A stretch of 63,193 nt of DNA from Catajapyx aquilonaris (taxonomy: Eukaryota), in NCBI GenBank assembly GCA_000934665.2, contig KZ538543.1, positions 1 through 63,193 on the forward strand, in the 5' to 3' direction. The notes below the pieces were generated by a model. The model was not told where the DNA came from. It saw only the letters and a program-made list of their open reading frames with translations, and did not search any database. Shown here piece by piece: positions 62,301 through 63,193 of this stretch. The stretch's first letter is position 1. Each line of letters starts with the position of its first letter. The position numbers and the translations under genes were made by a program.

Positions 62301-62987
62301 CCCTCGCATACGTCGTACATAGGGATCTACCTGTGGGAATGAGCATGCGCGACTGAAGTAATAATTCATCACGTTTATTCCTCCCCTCATTATTAGAGGT
62401 GTGAGCTTTGCCAATTCACTGTTCTGTGTATTTATTTTTAGCTGCTGATGAAATTTATCATGGTTGTGTCAGCAGTTACTTTCCCCACCAACTTGGAAGA
62501 ATTTACCAAATCATCTCTTATGTAAGGACGTGTGATCCACAAACACAAAGAAACAAAATAGGCTAATAATAACATACTTATAACACGTATACCAATCCTT
62601 TGCAGGTTGTTCTCACCGTACGCGATAGCCGGAATGGTAGCATTCACATGGCTAGCATCTTTTTCGGCACTATTGCCCACTCTCCTGGGCAAGTGGGGCC
62701 GATTCGGATGGGACGACGCCATAGGCAGTTGTTCTATCTTAAAGGACAAGCAAACTGGTCGCAGCCCTAAAGTGTTCCTCTTCGTGTCTGCCTTTCTCTT
62801 ACCCTGTCTTCTCATCCTGGCTTGCTACGCCAGAATTTTTTACATCGCTCGTCGCACATCGCAACGCACCAGACAGCATGGAGGACCCAAACTCAGACCG
62901 TCTACGTCAGGAATCAACACTCCCTCCGAAATGAGCGTCCAGCATGTGGGTGCCATGTCACATTCGGCGTCCTCCACTCCAGTCAAG
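56106..62987 (+). CDS. Class A GPCR of the Moody/Tre1 family (CG4313-like), 3'-partial; join(56106-56312,61435-61673,62606-62987)
   Basis: TM1 IGVPGNVLTIAAL; TM2 FIVNLSLSDLLFC..NLP; ECL1 W.YG..LC; TM3 ITVNRY (NRY is typical of Moody/Tre1); ECL2 WGRFG.D..IGSCSIL; TM5 FLLPCL.I..CYARIF. Phases are consistent. TM6-7 lie beyond the window. Confidence 0.92.
58384..58868. mobile_element. Tc1/mariner-like MITE in GPCR intron 1
   Basis: TA|CAGGGTGTTCATGAAAAACACCGACA ... TGTCGGTGTTTTTCATGAACACCCTG|TA. Confidence 0.88.
58529..58667. mobile_element. PIF/Harbinger-like palindromic MITE nested in the mariner-like MITE
   Basis: TAA|AGGCCATTTCACAAAAAAAATGTCGCGCGGCAAACGGCGCGACTTGCGGCAAATTTT is perfectly inverted and ends GGCCT|TAA (3-bp TSD). 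Confidence 0.85.
59907..60204 (+). mobile_element. tRNA-derived SINE, family B (full length)
   Basis: A box TGGCATAGTGG, anticodon-like arm CCGACTGCTAATCGG, B box GGTTCGAATCC, (ATT)n tail; 17-bp TSD ATTTCCCTGGTAGAAAA (59890-59906, 60205-60221). Confidence 0.92.
61435..61673 (+). CDS. GPCR exon 2 (TM2-TM3)
   Basis: ccacag|GTT...AA|gtaagt. Confidence 0.95.
62606..62987 (+). CDS. GPCR exon 3 (TM4-TM5, start of ICL3)
   Basis: ttgcag|G...AAG|gtatgg. Confidence 0.92.
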
Positions 62988-63193
62988 GTATGGAAGAAAA
63001 GTTTTGCACCTTGACACTTTGCTGTTGACAATTGCTGTTGCTGTTGAAATTGAATATATATATATGAGGCATTCCACGTCAAGCGGGCCACCTTTGCGAC
63101 AAATCTTCGAGGACTTTGACCAAATTGTAATGACATGTACTACTCATCGACCTATGCCGGAAGCCAAAATATTATACCTCTGCGTTGCGTGGT

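Noticed and set aside
62438..63136. Minus-strand ORFs of 125 and 98 aa
   Set aside because: Antisense to GPCR exon 3 with no independent coding signal.

Overview
AT-rich, intron-rich eukaryotic DNA, most likely from an insect or other arthropod (GT-AG spliced genes, tRNA-derived SINEs, insect-type CCTAA/TTAGG repeats). It has two N gaps (4807-4989, 48960-49217). Three + strand genes were assembled by hand with phase-consistent splice sites. (1) A Stardust/PALS1(MPP5)-like MAGUK, 15 coding exons in the window (1346-36384, 5' end upstream), with L27-like/PDZ/SH3/HOOK/GUK domains and apparently an extra N-terminal PDZ. (2) A complete 10-exon, 632-aa ionotropic receptor (IR, variant iGluR; 39510-46788). 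(3) The first three coding exons of a Moody/Tre1-family class A GPCR (56106-62987, continuing beyond the window). Introns and intergenic DNA are dense with non-autonomous TIR elements (hAT-, Tc1/mariner/pogo-, PIF- and Mutator-like by TSD length), kb-scale foldbacks, two tRNA-SINE families and microsatellites. Most supplied ORFs are spurious. I see no evidence of a wholly new biological system. The best leads are the two-PDZ, apparently ECR1-less Stardust-like architecture, a group of inverted-repeat elements with internal telomere-type repeats, and a MITE sitting at the exact apex of a ~1 kb palindrome. All family assignments come from motif recall, not database searches.
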